Part shown: one piece after another, positions 9,298 through 19,400 of the stretch
How the letters are laid out: every line of letters begins with the position of its first letter
How positions within the stretch are numbered: the stretch's first letter is position 1
Assembly (NCBI GenBank): GCA_963707025.1
Contig: CAVPOM010000012.1
Span: forward strand, 352,001 to 416,000
Source: an uncultured Verrucomicrobiae bacterium
GTDB taxonomy: Bacteria; Verrucomicrobiota; Verrucomicrobiia; Limisphaerales; Palsa-1400
Direction of reading: 5' to 3'
Length of the DNA stretch: 64,000 bases
Notes under the pieces: generated by a model
The model's database searches: none
The model's input: the letters and a program-made list of their open reading frames with translations, nothing else
What the model was told of the DNA's origin: nothing
Program-made: the position numbers and the translations under genes

Positions 9298-10248
9298 ATG
9301 ACACCGAATTCTCTTGAAGCGGCGCGGGAAACTTGCGGGAAAATCGCGGAGAACATCGCCAAAGTCATGCGCGGGCAGGCCGGGCCAACGCGCCAGTTGC
9401 TGGCCGCGCTGGCCGGCGGCGGGCATGTGCTGCTGGATGATTTTCCCGGCACGGGCAAGACGACCCTGGCCAAGGCGCTGGCCCGCTCGATTGACGCCCA
9501 GTTCAAACGCATCCAGTTCACGCCCGATTTGCTGCCGTCGGACATCCTGGGCGTGTCGGTCTTCAGCCAGCGGGACCAGGAGTTCCATTTTCACGAAGGC
9601 CCGGTCTTCACCAACATTTTGCTGGCCGACGAAATCAACCGCGCCTCGCCGCGCACACAGTCGGCCTTGCTGGAGGCGATGGGCGAAGCGCAGGTCAGCG
9701 TGGAGGGGGAGCGGCGCAATCTGGCGGAATTGTTTTTTGTCATCGCCACGCAAAATCCGGTGGAGTTTCGCGGGACCTATCCGCTGCCCGAGGCGCAGAT
9801 GGACCGGTTTGCCATGCAATTCGTGCTGGGCTACGTCCAGCCGGAAGAGGAGGTGGCCATCCTGTCGGCGCAGCAACACAACCATCCGCTTGACACGCTG
9901 CAACCGGTCGCCACCCTCGCCGACGTGATCGCGCTCAAGCGCGCGGTGGAAGAGGTGCGCATCAGCGACGAATTGAAACGCTACGCGGTGGACCTGGTGG
10001 CGGCGACGCGCACGGCGGGCGGCGTCCAGCTTGGGGCCAGTCCGCGCGCCTCGATTGCGTTGATGAAAACGGCGCAGGCCCTGGCCTTGTTTGACGGCGC
10101 GGATTTCGTCACGCCCGAACAGATTCAGTCGCTGGCCGTGCCGGTGATTGCGCACCGGCTGGTGCTGGAGCCGCAGGCGCGTTTTTCGGGCGTGACGGCG
10201 CGGGGCGTGGTGGAGGAAGCCATCAAGAAATTGCCCGTGCCGGCGTGA
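9298..10248 (+). CDS. moxR: MoxR-family AAA+ ATPase
   Basis: HVLLDDFPGTGKT, RIQFTPDLLPSDI, LADEINRASPRTQSALLEAM, ATQNPVE..GTYPLPEAQMDRF. Confidence 0.95.
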   Translation: MTPNSLEAARETCGKIAENIAKVMRGQAGPTRQLLAALAGGGHVLLDDFPGTGKTTLAKALARSIDAQFKRIQFTPDLLPSDILGVSVFSQRDQEFHFHEGPVFTNILLADEINRASPRTQSALLEAMGEAQVSVEGERRNLAELFFVIATQNPVEFRGTYPLPEAQMDRFAMQFVLGYVQPEEEVAILSAQQHNHPLDTLQPVATLADVIALKRAVEEVRISDELKRYAVDLVAATRTAGGVQLGASPRASIALMKTAQALALFDGADFVTPEQIQSLAVPVIAHRLVLEPQARFSGVTARGVVEEAIKKLPVPA

Positions 10249-10253
10249 GAAGA

Positions 10254-10364
10254 AAATGCAGAATGCAAAATGTAAAATGCAGAATGAGGAACGAAGAAAC
10301 AAGATTCTGCGGAGCGTTGGAAGCAGGACCTGCTTCTTCATTTTTCATTTTTCATTCCTCATTT
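10254..10364. repeat. Heptamer tandem repeats forming an inverted stem-loop element
   Basis: (A/G)AATGCA-type units on the left, TTTTTCA/TTCCTCA units on the right; the arms are roughly reverse-complementary. Confidence 0.7.
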
Positions 10365-10369
10365 AACTT

Positions 10370-11713
10370 GTGACGCTGATCTACAGGCCGATTTACTGGA
10401 TTTACCGCGTGACCAGCGGCTGGTGGTATTGGGCGCGGCGGCGGTTCACGCTGGCGGGGCTGTGCGTGGGGGGAGGATTGGTGGTCGCGGCCGCGGTGAG
10501 CACGGACGTGGAGACCACCGTCACCTATCAATCCTTTGCGCTCTTGCTGGCGTTTTTGGTGCCGGCGCTGGCGTGCAGCCTTTTCTTCCGCGCCAAATTT
10601 TCCGCGGCGCGTTTGCTGCCCCGGTTCGGGACGGCCGGCCAGCCGCTGCGCTACCGCGTGGTGCTACAAAATCTGACGGCCAAAACCCAGACCGGGCTGA
10701 CCTTGCTGGAAGAACTGGGCGACCCGCGCCCGGATTTCCGGCAATGGCTGGCGTTTCAACTGGCCGAAACCCGGCGGGTCCGCCCCTTCAGCCTGACGCA
10801 GCGGCGGCGGAAAAATCCGTTCCGCGTGGCCAGATTGAAAGAGGCGGAAGTGCCGCCGCTGCCCGCCGGCGGCGAGGCCGTGGCGCCGGTGGAGGTGCTG
10901 CCGTTGCGGCGCGGCATTTTGCGTTTCACCGGGGTGACGCTGGCCCGGGCCGACCCGCTGGGATTGTTCCGTTCGTTCGTCAAAATCGGCGCTGCGCAGA
11001 CGGTCTTGATATTGCCAAGACGCTACGCCATTGCGCCCATCGCGCTGCCCGGCGCGCTGCGCTATCAGGAAGGCGGGGTGGCGCTGGCCGCCAGCGTCGG
11101 GCGCAGCGAGGAGTTCGTGGCGCTGCGCGAATATCGTCACGGCGATCCGTTGCGGCACATTCACTGGCGAAGCTGGGCCAAGGCGGGCAAACCGATCGTG
11201 AAGGAGTTCGAGGACGAATTTTTTGTGCGGCACGCGCTGGTGCTGGACACCTTTGACGACGAACCCAACGGCGAAGTTTTGGAGGAGGCCGTCTCGGTCG
11301 CCGCCTCCTTTGCCTGCACGGTGCTGACGCAGGAGTCGCTGCTGGATCTGCTCTTCGTCGGCAACCAGTCCTATTGCTTCACCGCCGGCCGCGGACTGGC
11401 GCATGTGGACCAAATGCTGGAAATTCTGGCCTCGGTGACGAATTGCGCCGAGAAGGACTTTGCCACGCTGGAACATCTGGTGCTCAACCATATTTCCGCC
11501 GTGAGCGGCTGCATCTGCGTGTTGCAGCGCTGGGACGGGGCGCGGACACATTTGGTGAAGACCTTGCGCGCGCTTGGCGTGCCCGTGCTCGTGGCGGTGG
11601 TGGCGCGGCCGGGCGAAAAAAAGCCAGAGGCCGGGCCGATGGGCGACCAGCCGGAGAATTTTCATGTGCTTGAAATCGGGCAAATTGAGCGGCAACTGGG
11701 GGAATGGCAATGA
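10370..11713 (+). CDS. DUF58 domain membrane protein
   Basis: DPLGLF, EEFVALREYRHGDPLRHIHWRSWAK..KPIVKEFE, LVLD; follows moxR. Confidence 0.9.
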   Translation: MTLIYRPIYWIYRVTSGWWYWARRRFTLAGLCVGGGLVVAAAVSTDVETTVTYQSFALLLAFLVPALACSLFFRAKFSAARLLPRFGTAGQPLRYRVVLQNLTAKTQTGLTLLEELGDPRPDFRQWLAFQLAETRRVRPFSLTQRRRKNPFRVARLKEAEVPPLPAGGEAVAPVEVLPLRRGILRFTGVTLARADPLGLFRSFVKIGAAQTVLILPRRYAIAPIALPGALRYQEGGVALAASVGRSEEFVALREYRHGDPLRHIHWRSWAKAGKPIVKEFEDEFFVRHALVLDTFDDEPNGEVLEEAVSVAASFACTVLTQESLLDLLFVGNQSYCFTAGRGLAHVDQMLEILASVTNCAEKDFATLEHLVLNHISAVSGCICVLQRWDGARTHLVKTLRALGVPVLVAVVARPGEKKPEAGPMGDQPENFHVLEIGQIERQLGEWQ

Positions 11714-13881
11714 CGGGCAACGCCCCAACTTCCCCGGCCGGCCGCGCCAAGGCGCCGCCGTTGCTGTTGCTGGCCGCGCTCTCGTTCTGGGGCTGGCAAT
11801 CGGGATTTCTTCCGGCCGGGGCGATCATGGGGGTCGTGCTGGAGAGCGCGCGGTTCGTCCCGGCGCGCTGGGATGTGACCGTGCAGGATTTTCGGCGCAT
11901 TTGTAATTTTTGCCTGCTGCTGGCGTTCGCCATGTTGGTCTATGTTTTCACCACGAACCAGGCGGGCGGCGGCTTGGGCGGGATGCTTCATCCTTCGGCC
12001 AGGCTGGCGACGAGCTACTTCGGCACTTCGGCCACCTCGTTTCTTCGCTGGCTGCCGCTGGCGTTCTTCCTGCTGCTCGCGGCGCAAATGTTCAGCGAAC
12101 GCGAATCGGTTCCGCTGGCGGGGATTCCATGGTTTATCCGCCAGCCGCGCAAGGGGAGCGCCGGGGCGGAAGGAAACCTGGACTTGTCGTTTCCCTATTT
12201 CATCGTCTGTTTATTTTCCGCCGGCATCCACGCCAGCGCCGGGGCGCAATCCTATTTTTGGGGGCAAGCCGTTCTGATCGGGTGGGCCTTGTGGCCGTTT
12301 CGTGCGCGGCGTTTTGGATTCCTGGTCTGGGCGGGCGCCCTGGCTGCGGCCATAGGGCTTGGCTTTTACAGCCAGAGCGGCATCGGCCAATTGCAGCGGC
12401 TGCTGGAAGGCTACAACGCGCAGTGGATGGCGGGTTTTCTGCGGCCCCGGACCGATCCCTCCCAAAGCATGACGGCCATCGGCCGGATCGGGAGGTTGAA
12501 ATTGTCGGCGCGCATCGTCATCCGGCTTGAGCCAAAGGCCGGCAGCAGGCCGCCGGTTTATTTGCGCGAGGCCAGTTACCGCCATTATCAGTCTGAGCCG
12601 GGACAACAAACCTGGTTTTCCGGCGGCTCGCGCAGCGATTTTGCCAGCCTCTCGCACGAGCCGGGCAACGAATCTGCCTGGACGCTGCTGCCCGGCAAAA
12701 GCAACACCTCCACCGCGTCCATCTCTTCTTACCTGGAGGGCCGCGCAAAGGACACGGGCGACCTGGAAGGATTGCTCCCGCTGCCGAGCGGCAGCGGCCG
12801 TCTGGACAAACTGCCGGTGTTCTGGCTGAAAACGAACATTGCCGGGGCAGCGCTGGCCACCGGCCTGGGCCTGGTGATGTTTGACGCGCACTACGGCCCG
12901 GGCGCGACTTTGGATGCGCCGCCGGATGCCACCACCAATCGTCTGGATTTGACCGTGCCGGCCATCGAAGTTCCGGCCTTGGATCAAATCATTTCTGAAT
13001 TGAAGATTTCCGGCGCGACTGAACGGGAGAAAATTCTCGCCATCCGGCATTTTTTTGACGGCAAATTCAGCTACAGCACCTGGCTGGGACCGGACAAGGC
13101 GGCGCGGTCCAACGAGACGGCGCTGTCGCGATTTCTTTTGCAAAGCCGCAGCGGCCATTGCGAATACTTTGCCACCGCGACGGTCTTGCTCTTGCGCCAG
13201 TTGGGCATTCCGGCCCGCTACGCGGTGGGTTATGCCGTCAACGAACCCTCCGGCCACGGCTACGTGGTGCGGGAACGCGATGCCCATGCCTGGTGTCTGG
13301 TTTGGAACAAGGCGCAGCAAAGGTGGGAGGACTTCGACACCACGCCCGCGTCGTGGGTGGCGGAGGAAAACAAACGCGCCTCGGCCATGCAGTGGTTTTC
13401 GGACTTCTGGTCGTGGGTGAGATTTCAAGTGGCAAAACTGCGCTGGGGGCAGGCCAATTTGCGCCAATACATCCTCTGGGCGCTGATCCCCGTGCTGGCC
13501 TTGCTGCTCTGGCAGATCATCTTCCGGCGCGGACGCCGGCGCCGGGCGCAGTCCAAAACCGGCAAATCCGCGGCCGCGATGATCTGGCCGGGGCTGGACT
13601 CCGAATTCTACCAACTGGAAGGCAAACTGGCGGCGCGCGGCGTGCCGCGGCAGGCCAGCCAACCGCTTTCGGACTGGCTGGGGCGCGCGCTGGGCGAGCC
13701 TGCCCTGGCCGAATTGCGCGACCCATTGCAGGAGCTGTTGCGGCGGCACTACTGCCATCGTTTCGACCCGCGCGGTCTGAGCGGCCCGGAACGCCAAGCG
13801 CTGGCGCGCCAGGCACGGGCCTGTCTGGACAGGCTGGAGACGCTCCCGCGGTTGAAGCGCCGTCCCGCGCGCCCCGAGTGA
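11710..13881 (+). CDS. Membrane-anchored transglutaminase-like protein (TgpA/DUF3488 type)
   Basis: Multiple N-terminal TMs; GHCEYFATA, GIPARYAVGY, DAHAW, DTTP (Cys-His-Asp triad); third gene of the moxR-DUF58 operon. Confidence 0.9.
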   Translation: MTGNAPTSPAGRAKAPPLLLLAALSFWGWQSGFLPAGAIMGVVLESARFVPARWDVTVQDFRRICNFCLLLAFAMLVYVFTTNQAGGGLGGMLHPSARLATSYFGTSATSFLRWLPLAFFLLLAAQMFSERESVPLAGIPWFIRQPRKGSAGAEGNLDLSFPYFIVCLFSAGIHASAGAQSYFWGQAVLIGWALWPFRARRFGFLVWAGALAAAIGLGFYSQSGIGQLQRLLEGYNAQWMAGFLRPRTDPSQSMTAIGRIGRLKLSARIVIRLEPKAGSRPPVYLREASYRHYQSEPGQQTWFSGGSRSDFASLSHEPGNESAWTLLPGKSNTSTASISSYLEGRAKDTGDLEGLLPLPSGSGRLDKLPVFWLKTNIAGAALATGLGLVMFDAHYGPGATLDAPPDATTNRLDLTVPAIEVPALDQIISELKISGATEREKILAIRHFFDGKFSYSTWLGPDKAARSNETALSRFLLQSRSGHCEYFATATVLLLRQLGIPARYAVGYAVNEPSGHGYVVRERDAHAWCLVWNKAQQRWEDFDTTPASWVAEENKRASAMQWFSDFWSWVRFQVAKLRWGQANLRQYILWALIPVLALLLWQIIFRRGRRRRAQSKTGKSAAAMIWPGLDSEFYQLEGKLAARGVPRQASQPLSDWLGRALGEPALAELRDPLQELLRRHYCHRFDPRGLSGPERQALARQARACLDRLETLPRLKRRPARPE

Positions 13882-14016
13882 GAAGGAAAGCCGGGTCCCC
13901 TGGCGCAGGCAGAGGCTGGGTGGCCTGCTTCCGGGCGCGGAGGGGATCGTGGCTTGTTGGGGGGCTTGGCCTTATACCGTTTCCAGTTTGTAACTGCACT
14001 ATTGCCAAGGCGATTT

Positions 14017-14040
14017 GCGGCGGTCGCAGACCGCCGCTAC
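14017..14040. repeat. GTAG-type REP-like hairpin between convergent genes
   Basis: Perfect stem GCGGCGGTC-GCA-GACCGCCGC followed by TAC. Confidence 0.6.
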
Positions 14041-14141
14041 ATTGCAAAAGCAAACCGGAAAAGGTATTATACCCGGCTTCACCGAGGCCACCAACTCAGG
14101 AGCGCGGGGCAAAAGAAGCTCAAGCTGAGCCGGGGCATCGG

Positions 14142-16097
14142 CTAGGGGCCTTCGGCGTGGGCCGACATTTCATCAATGATGCCCTGGATTTCCGCGTTCA
14201 AACCGCCGTCGGCTACAATCAGGCTTCGGGTGCGCAACCAGAGGGATTCGAGCCGTTTGAGCGGTTCGTCGAAGACCGTTTCCAGGCCCGTCGGCGGGGC
14301 GTCGCCCAGGCTGGAACAGAAACTGTCCGGTCCCTGCCCGGGAAACAAGGCCGTGATCCAGGCCAGCAGATCGCACCACAGCTCCAGGGAAATGAGGGTC
14401 GAGGCCTCCTGCGAGGTCATGTCGCCGGCCGCCAGCACGCGGGGTCCCAGATGATTGAGCAGGTCCTCTGTCAATAATTTGCGAATCCGCTCCGGGTGGG
14501 GCACCTCCGCCGAATAAGAGTCGGCCGCGGCGCGGGCCAGGGACAACACGCTGTCCACCGCTTCATTGAAGTTCTGCTGGCGGCCGACCAGGAAGCAGCG
14601 GATGCTCAGGACGGCCATGGAATAAAGATCAAACGGGCTGCTGGTCTGAGGGATGATCTCGTAGGAGCACCTTGGAAACTTGAAGTGTTGGCGCATCATT
14701 TCCACGTCGCTGGCCGCCAGGGTTTGCGGGACGGAGCGGAAGGCCAGTTCGCCGCGGGTCCCGCGCGTGGTGTCGGTGTGCCCGAAAAGCTCGAGGCGCG
14801 AGTCGGCCAATGGCACGCGCAACCAAATCAAATCATGGCGGGAAACCGGGAGCGATTCCTGCACGGACAAGGTTCCCTCGATAATGGTGCCTTCGGCCGC
14901 CGGGAGGGCGTTGCGGCACTTAAAATCGCCTCTGGTGTCGCGCTGCAGTTGAGACCCTTCGGGATGGTAAATGGAGGAGGAGGTGTCGTCCATGCGGATA
15001 AAATACGATTCGCGGGCGGTTTCGAGCGTCTTGCGCTGGGCGAATCCTTCCTTGGCCAGGCAGCATTCCGCCGTCCAGAGAAAGGGCAGGGCGGAACAGA
15101 TGTTGCCGAAGCGGACGCGGAAACTTTCATGCGACAGGTTCAGCAGGGGCATCTGCGTCCGCGCGGTGGCGTGCCTGACTTGCCGGATGGCTTGGAGGAG
15201 CAGGCCGATTTTCAGGTGCAGCACTTCCGCCAGCCGGCCATGCCGGTCCATGGCGGAGTTGAAGAGGAATCCGTCGCGGTGCCGCAAGGCCTCCCAATCG
15301 CACAGAGCGGTATGGGCGGGATCGAGGTTAAAGGGCGTGCCGCCGTCCGCCACACCCTCCCAGGATTGGCCGACGAGCAAATCGCACAATTCTGTCAATA
15401 ACATCGGGCACAGCCGCGACACCAGCAGGCGCCCGGCTTGCGGATTGAAGGTGAGATAGGCCTCGGGCTGGCCGGTCAAGGCGCCGGCCAGCGATGGCAC
15501 GGGCTTGGCCTCCTCGTCCGGTGTCAGGGGCAGCATGCGGGGCGTGGGCGTGTCCAACTCCATGAGAAAGCGTTCCAAGCTGCCGTGATACGGGGCCAGC
15601 CCGGCCGCGACCAGGGCCTGGTCGTCGGCGCAGAGGCTCCAACGGCCCAGGGGCGAAGCTTCCCCCAGGGGAATGCTTTGGAGGGATTGCTTGTGAATCA
15701 AGACCGGCGCGGAGGAGCGGGTTTCCAGGGGGGTGGTGATGGCCAGGCCCGGATTGGCGGACTTGCGCCGCGCGCAGGCATCCTCCCAGCGCCGGTCGAG
15801 ACAGGCGTTGTCGAGGAAATGGTGTTGACGCAGAGCGATCGCACCCAGGCCGCTGACGAACTGGACGCGGAGTTCGAGCCACTCGAGCACGGCGTGGCCG
15901 CCATCCACCAGGCAACCCAGATAGGTCACACCGTCCAAAGAATCGCCGAGGGAGATAAAATGGGGCTGGGGTTGAAGGCTGACCACCACGCAGATGCGGG
16001 GAGAGGCCACATCGGCCGGGGTTTGCAAAGGGACGGCCCGATGGGCGGACGACAACTCCGAAGAAGGAGGGTTTGCGCTGGCCGGTTGTGTCGTCAT
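14142..16097 (-). CDS. Hypothetical protein divergent from the T6SS locus; possibly a degenerate kinase-like fold
   Basis: Long open frame (about 650 aa from MTTQP, start uncertain); PLLNLSHESFRV and PFDLYSMAVL weakly recall kinase subdomains VIb and IX. Confidence 0.65.
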   Translation of the reverse strand: MTTQPASANPPSSELSSAHRAVPLQTPADVASPRICVVVSLQPQPHFISLGDSLDGVTYLGCLVDGGHAVLEWLELRVQFVSGLGAIALRQHHFLDNACLDRRWEDACARRKSANPGLAITTPLETRSSAPVLIHKQSLQSIPLGEASPLGRWSLCADDQALVAAGLAPYHGSLERFLMELDTPTPRMLPLTPDEEAKPVPSLAGALTGQPEAYLTFNPQAGRLLVSRLCPMLLTELCDLLVGQSWEGVADGGTPFNLDPAHTALCDWEALRHRDGFLFNSAMDRHGRLAEVLHLKIGLLLQAIRQVRHATARTQMPLLNLSHESFRVRFGNICSALPFLWTAECCLAKEGFAQRKTLETARESYFIRMDDTSSSIYHPEGSQLQRDTRGDFKCRNALPAAEGTIIEGTLSVQESLPVSRHDLIWLRVPLADSRLELFGHTDTTRGTRGELAFRSVPQTLAASDVEMMRQHFKFPRCSYEIIPQTSSPFDLYSMAVLSIRCFLVGRQQNFNEAVDSVLSLARAAADSYSAEVPHPERIRKLLTEDLLNHLGPRVLAAGDMTSQEASTLISLELWCDLLAWITALFPGQGPDSFCSSLGDAPPTGLETVFDEPLKRLESLWLRTRSLIVADGGLNAEIQGIIDEMSAHAEGP

Positions 16098-16474
16098 GTC
16101 GTCAATTCTCTTTGCGCGCCGCATCCGCAACGCTTTGATTTCAGGATAGCCAAGGTAACAGGGGCCCATTGGAAATGCAAAGGGATTCCCGTTAAGCCCG
16201 TCCTTGCGCCAGAGGCCTCTCAGCCTATTTGAAGCGCCGTGGGAGCGGGGATTGGACAAAAGGGGCGCCGGCCAGGCGTTCCGGGCCGCCCTTCCAGCGG
16301 TTGTCACCCTCCAAACCAGCCCGCGCTGGCGCCCTCTCCGCCAGGGCATTTCCCGTGGTTTTTGCCATGCGGTTTTTCCTCAACTTGCTTGACAATTGCG
16401 GGCGCTTTTGATGAAGTGGGTCCCCGGAAGCAGCTTTTGGCCTTATTTTGAGGTCGCGCTAGCGGAATACTATT

Positions 16475-19400
16475 ATGCGATATTCAATCCGAACAACCAA
16501 CCGATCCCTGGTTATTGGCGTCTTGACATTTGCTTTATTTGCGCTGGCGGCCACGTTTCGAGCGGAGGCTCAACCGGCGGTGACGATAACCCAGGGCCCC
16601 TCGGTGGCGATCACCAACGCCAATGGGTCCGTCAGTTACACGGTTAATATCGCGGACCCTGTTTTGGGAGTGGTTTCATTGGCGCCGGCCAGCATTCAAC
16701 TTAATGCGACCGGGACAGCGGCGGCGGCGGGCGTGGCGGTGACCGGGGCGGGCGGGAGCGCGACGAGCACGAATTTCGCGGTGACACTCTCCAGTTTGAG
16801 CGGCGACGGGACTCTGGGGATCATGGTGCTGGCCAATGCGGTGACGGACACGGCGAGCATGGGGAGTCCGGCCTCGACCAACAGCACCACCTTCATCGTG
16901 GACACGACCGCGCCGGTGGTGACGATAACCCAGGGCCCGTCGGTGGCGATCACCAACGCCAACGGGTCCGTCAGTTACACGGTTAATATCGCGGACCCCA
17001 ATTTGGGACCGGTGACCTTGGCGCCAGCCAGCATTCAAGTTAATGCGACCGGGACGGCGGCGGCGACGGGCGTGGTGGTGACCGGGGCGGGTGGGAGCGC
17101 GACGAGCACGAATTTCGCGGTGACACTCTCCAGTTTGAGCGGCGACGGGACTTTGGGGATCATGGTGCTGGCCAACGCGGTGACGGACACGGCGGGCAAT
17201 GGCAGTCTGGCCTCGACCAACAGCACCACCTTCATCGTGGACACGACCGCGCCGGTGGTGACGATAACCCAGGGCCCGTCGGTGGCGATCACCAACGCCA
17301 ACGGGTCCGTCAGTTACACGGTTAATATCACGGACCCCAATTTGGGACCGGTGGCCTTGGCGCCGGCCAGCATTCAAGTTAATGCGACCGGGACGGCGGC
17401 GGCGACGGGGGTGGCGGTGACCGGGGCGGGCGGGAGCGGGACGAGCACGAATTTCGCGGTGACACTCTCCAGTTTGAGCGGCGACGGGACTTTGGGGATC
17501 ACGGTGCTGGCCAACGCGGTGACGGACACGGCGGGCAATGGCAGTCTGGCCTCGACCAACAGCACCACCTTCATCGTGGACACGACCGCGCCGGTGGTGA
17601 CGATAACCCAGGGACCGTCGGTGGCGATCACCAACGCGAACGGGTCCGTCAGTTACACGGTTAATATCGCGGACCCCAGTTTGGGAACGGTGGCCTTGGC
17701 GCCGGGGAGCATTAAGGTTAATACAACCGGGACGGCGGCGGCGACGGGGGTGGCGGTGACCGGGGCGGGCGGGAGCGCGGCGAGCACGAATTTCGCGGTG
17801 ACACTCTCCAGTTTGAGCGGCAACGGGACTTTGGGGATCATGGTGCTGGCCAATGCGGTGACGGACACGGCGGGCAATGGCAGTCTGGCCTCGACCAACA
17901 GCACCGCCTTCATCGTGGACACGACCGCGCCGGTGGTGACGATAACCCAGGGACCGTCGGTGGCGATCACCAACGCGAACGGGTCCGTCAGTTACACGGT
18001 TAATATCGCGGACCCCAGTTTGGGAACGGTGGCCTTGGCGCCGGGGAGCATTAAGGTTAATACAACCGGGACGGCGGCGGCGACGGGGGTGGCGGTGACC
18101 GGGGCGGGCGGGAGCGCGGCGAGCACGAATTTCGCGGTGACACTCTCCAGTTTGAGCGGCAACGGGACTTTGGGGATCATGGTGCTGGCCAATGCGGTGA
18201 CGGACACGGCGGGCAATGGCAGTCTGGCCTCGACCAACAGCACCGCCTTCATCGTGGACACGACCGCGCCGGTGGTGACGATAACCCAGGGACCGTCGGT
18301 GGCGATCACCAACGCGAACGGGTCCGTCAGTTACACGGTTAATATCGCGGACCCCAGTTTGGGAACGGTAACCTTGGCGCCGGGGAACATTAAGGTTAAT
18401 ACAACCGGGACGGCGGCGGCGACGGGGGTGGCGGTGACCGGGGCGGGCGGGAGCGCGACGAGCACGAATTTCGCGGTGACACTCTCCAGTTTGAGCGGCA
18501 ACGGGACTCTGGGGATCATGGTGCTGGCCAATGCGGTGACGGACACGGCGGGCAATGGCAGTCTGGCCTCGACCAACAGCACCGCCTTCATCGTGGACAC
18601 GACCGCGCCGGTGGTGACGATAACCCAAGGCCCGTCGGTGGCGATCACCAACGCCAACGGGTTCGTCAGTTACACGGTTAATATCGCGGACCCCAGTTTG
18701 GGAACGGTGGCCTTGGCGCCGGGGAGCATTAAGGTTAATACAACCGGGACGGCGGCGGCGACGGGGGTGGCGGTGACCGGGGCGGGCGGGAGCGCGGCGA
18801 GCACGAATTTCGCGGTGACACTCTCCAGTTTGAGCGGCAACGGGACTTTGGGGATCATGGTGCTGGCCAATGCGGTGACGGACACGGCGGGCAACGGCAA
18901 TCTGGTCTCGACCAACAGCACCACCTTCATCGTGGACACGACCGCACCGGTGGTGACGATAACCCAAGGCCCGTCGGTGGCGATCACCAACGCCAATGGG
19001 TCCGTCAGTTACACGGTTAATATCGCGGACCCCAGTTTGGGAACGGTGACCTTGGCGCCGGGGAACATTAAGGTTAATACAACCGGGACGGCGGCGGCGG
19101 GCGTGGCGGTGACCGGGGCGGGTGGGAGCGGGACGAGCACGAATTTCGCGGTGACACTCTCCAGTTTGAGCGGCAACGGGACTTTGGGGATCATGGTGCT
19201 GGCCAATGCGGTGACGGACACGGCGGGCAATGGCAGTCTCGGCTCGACCAACAGCACCACCTTCATTGTGGACACCAACGCGCCGACGATTCAAATCAGT
19301 GCTCCGTCGCACCTTTATACCTCGTCCAATGTGGTCAGCTACACCGTGAGCTACTCCGATCCTCATTTGCTGACCACCACGTTGACGTCGGCGAACGTCA

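Noticed and set aside
9145..10341. 475-aa minus-strand ORF 8914-10341
   Set aside because: Mostly an antisense shadow of moxR; only the last 76 codons look like a real gene
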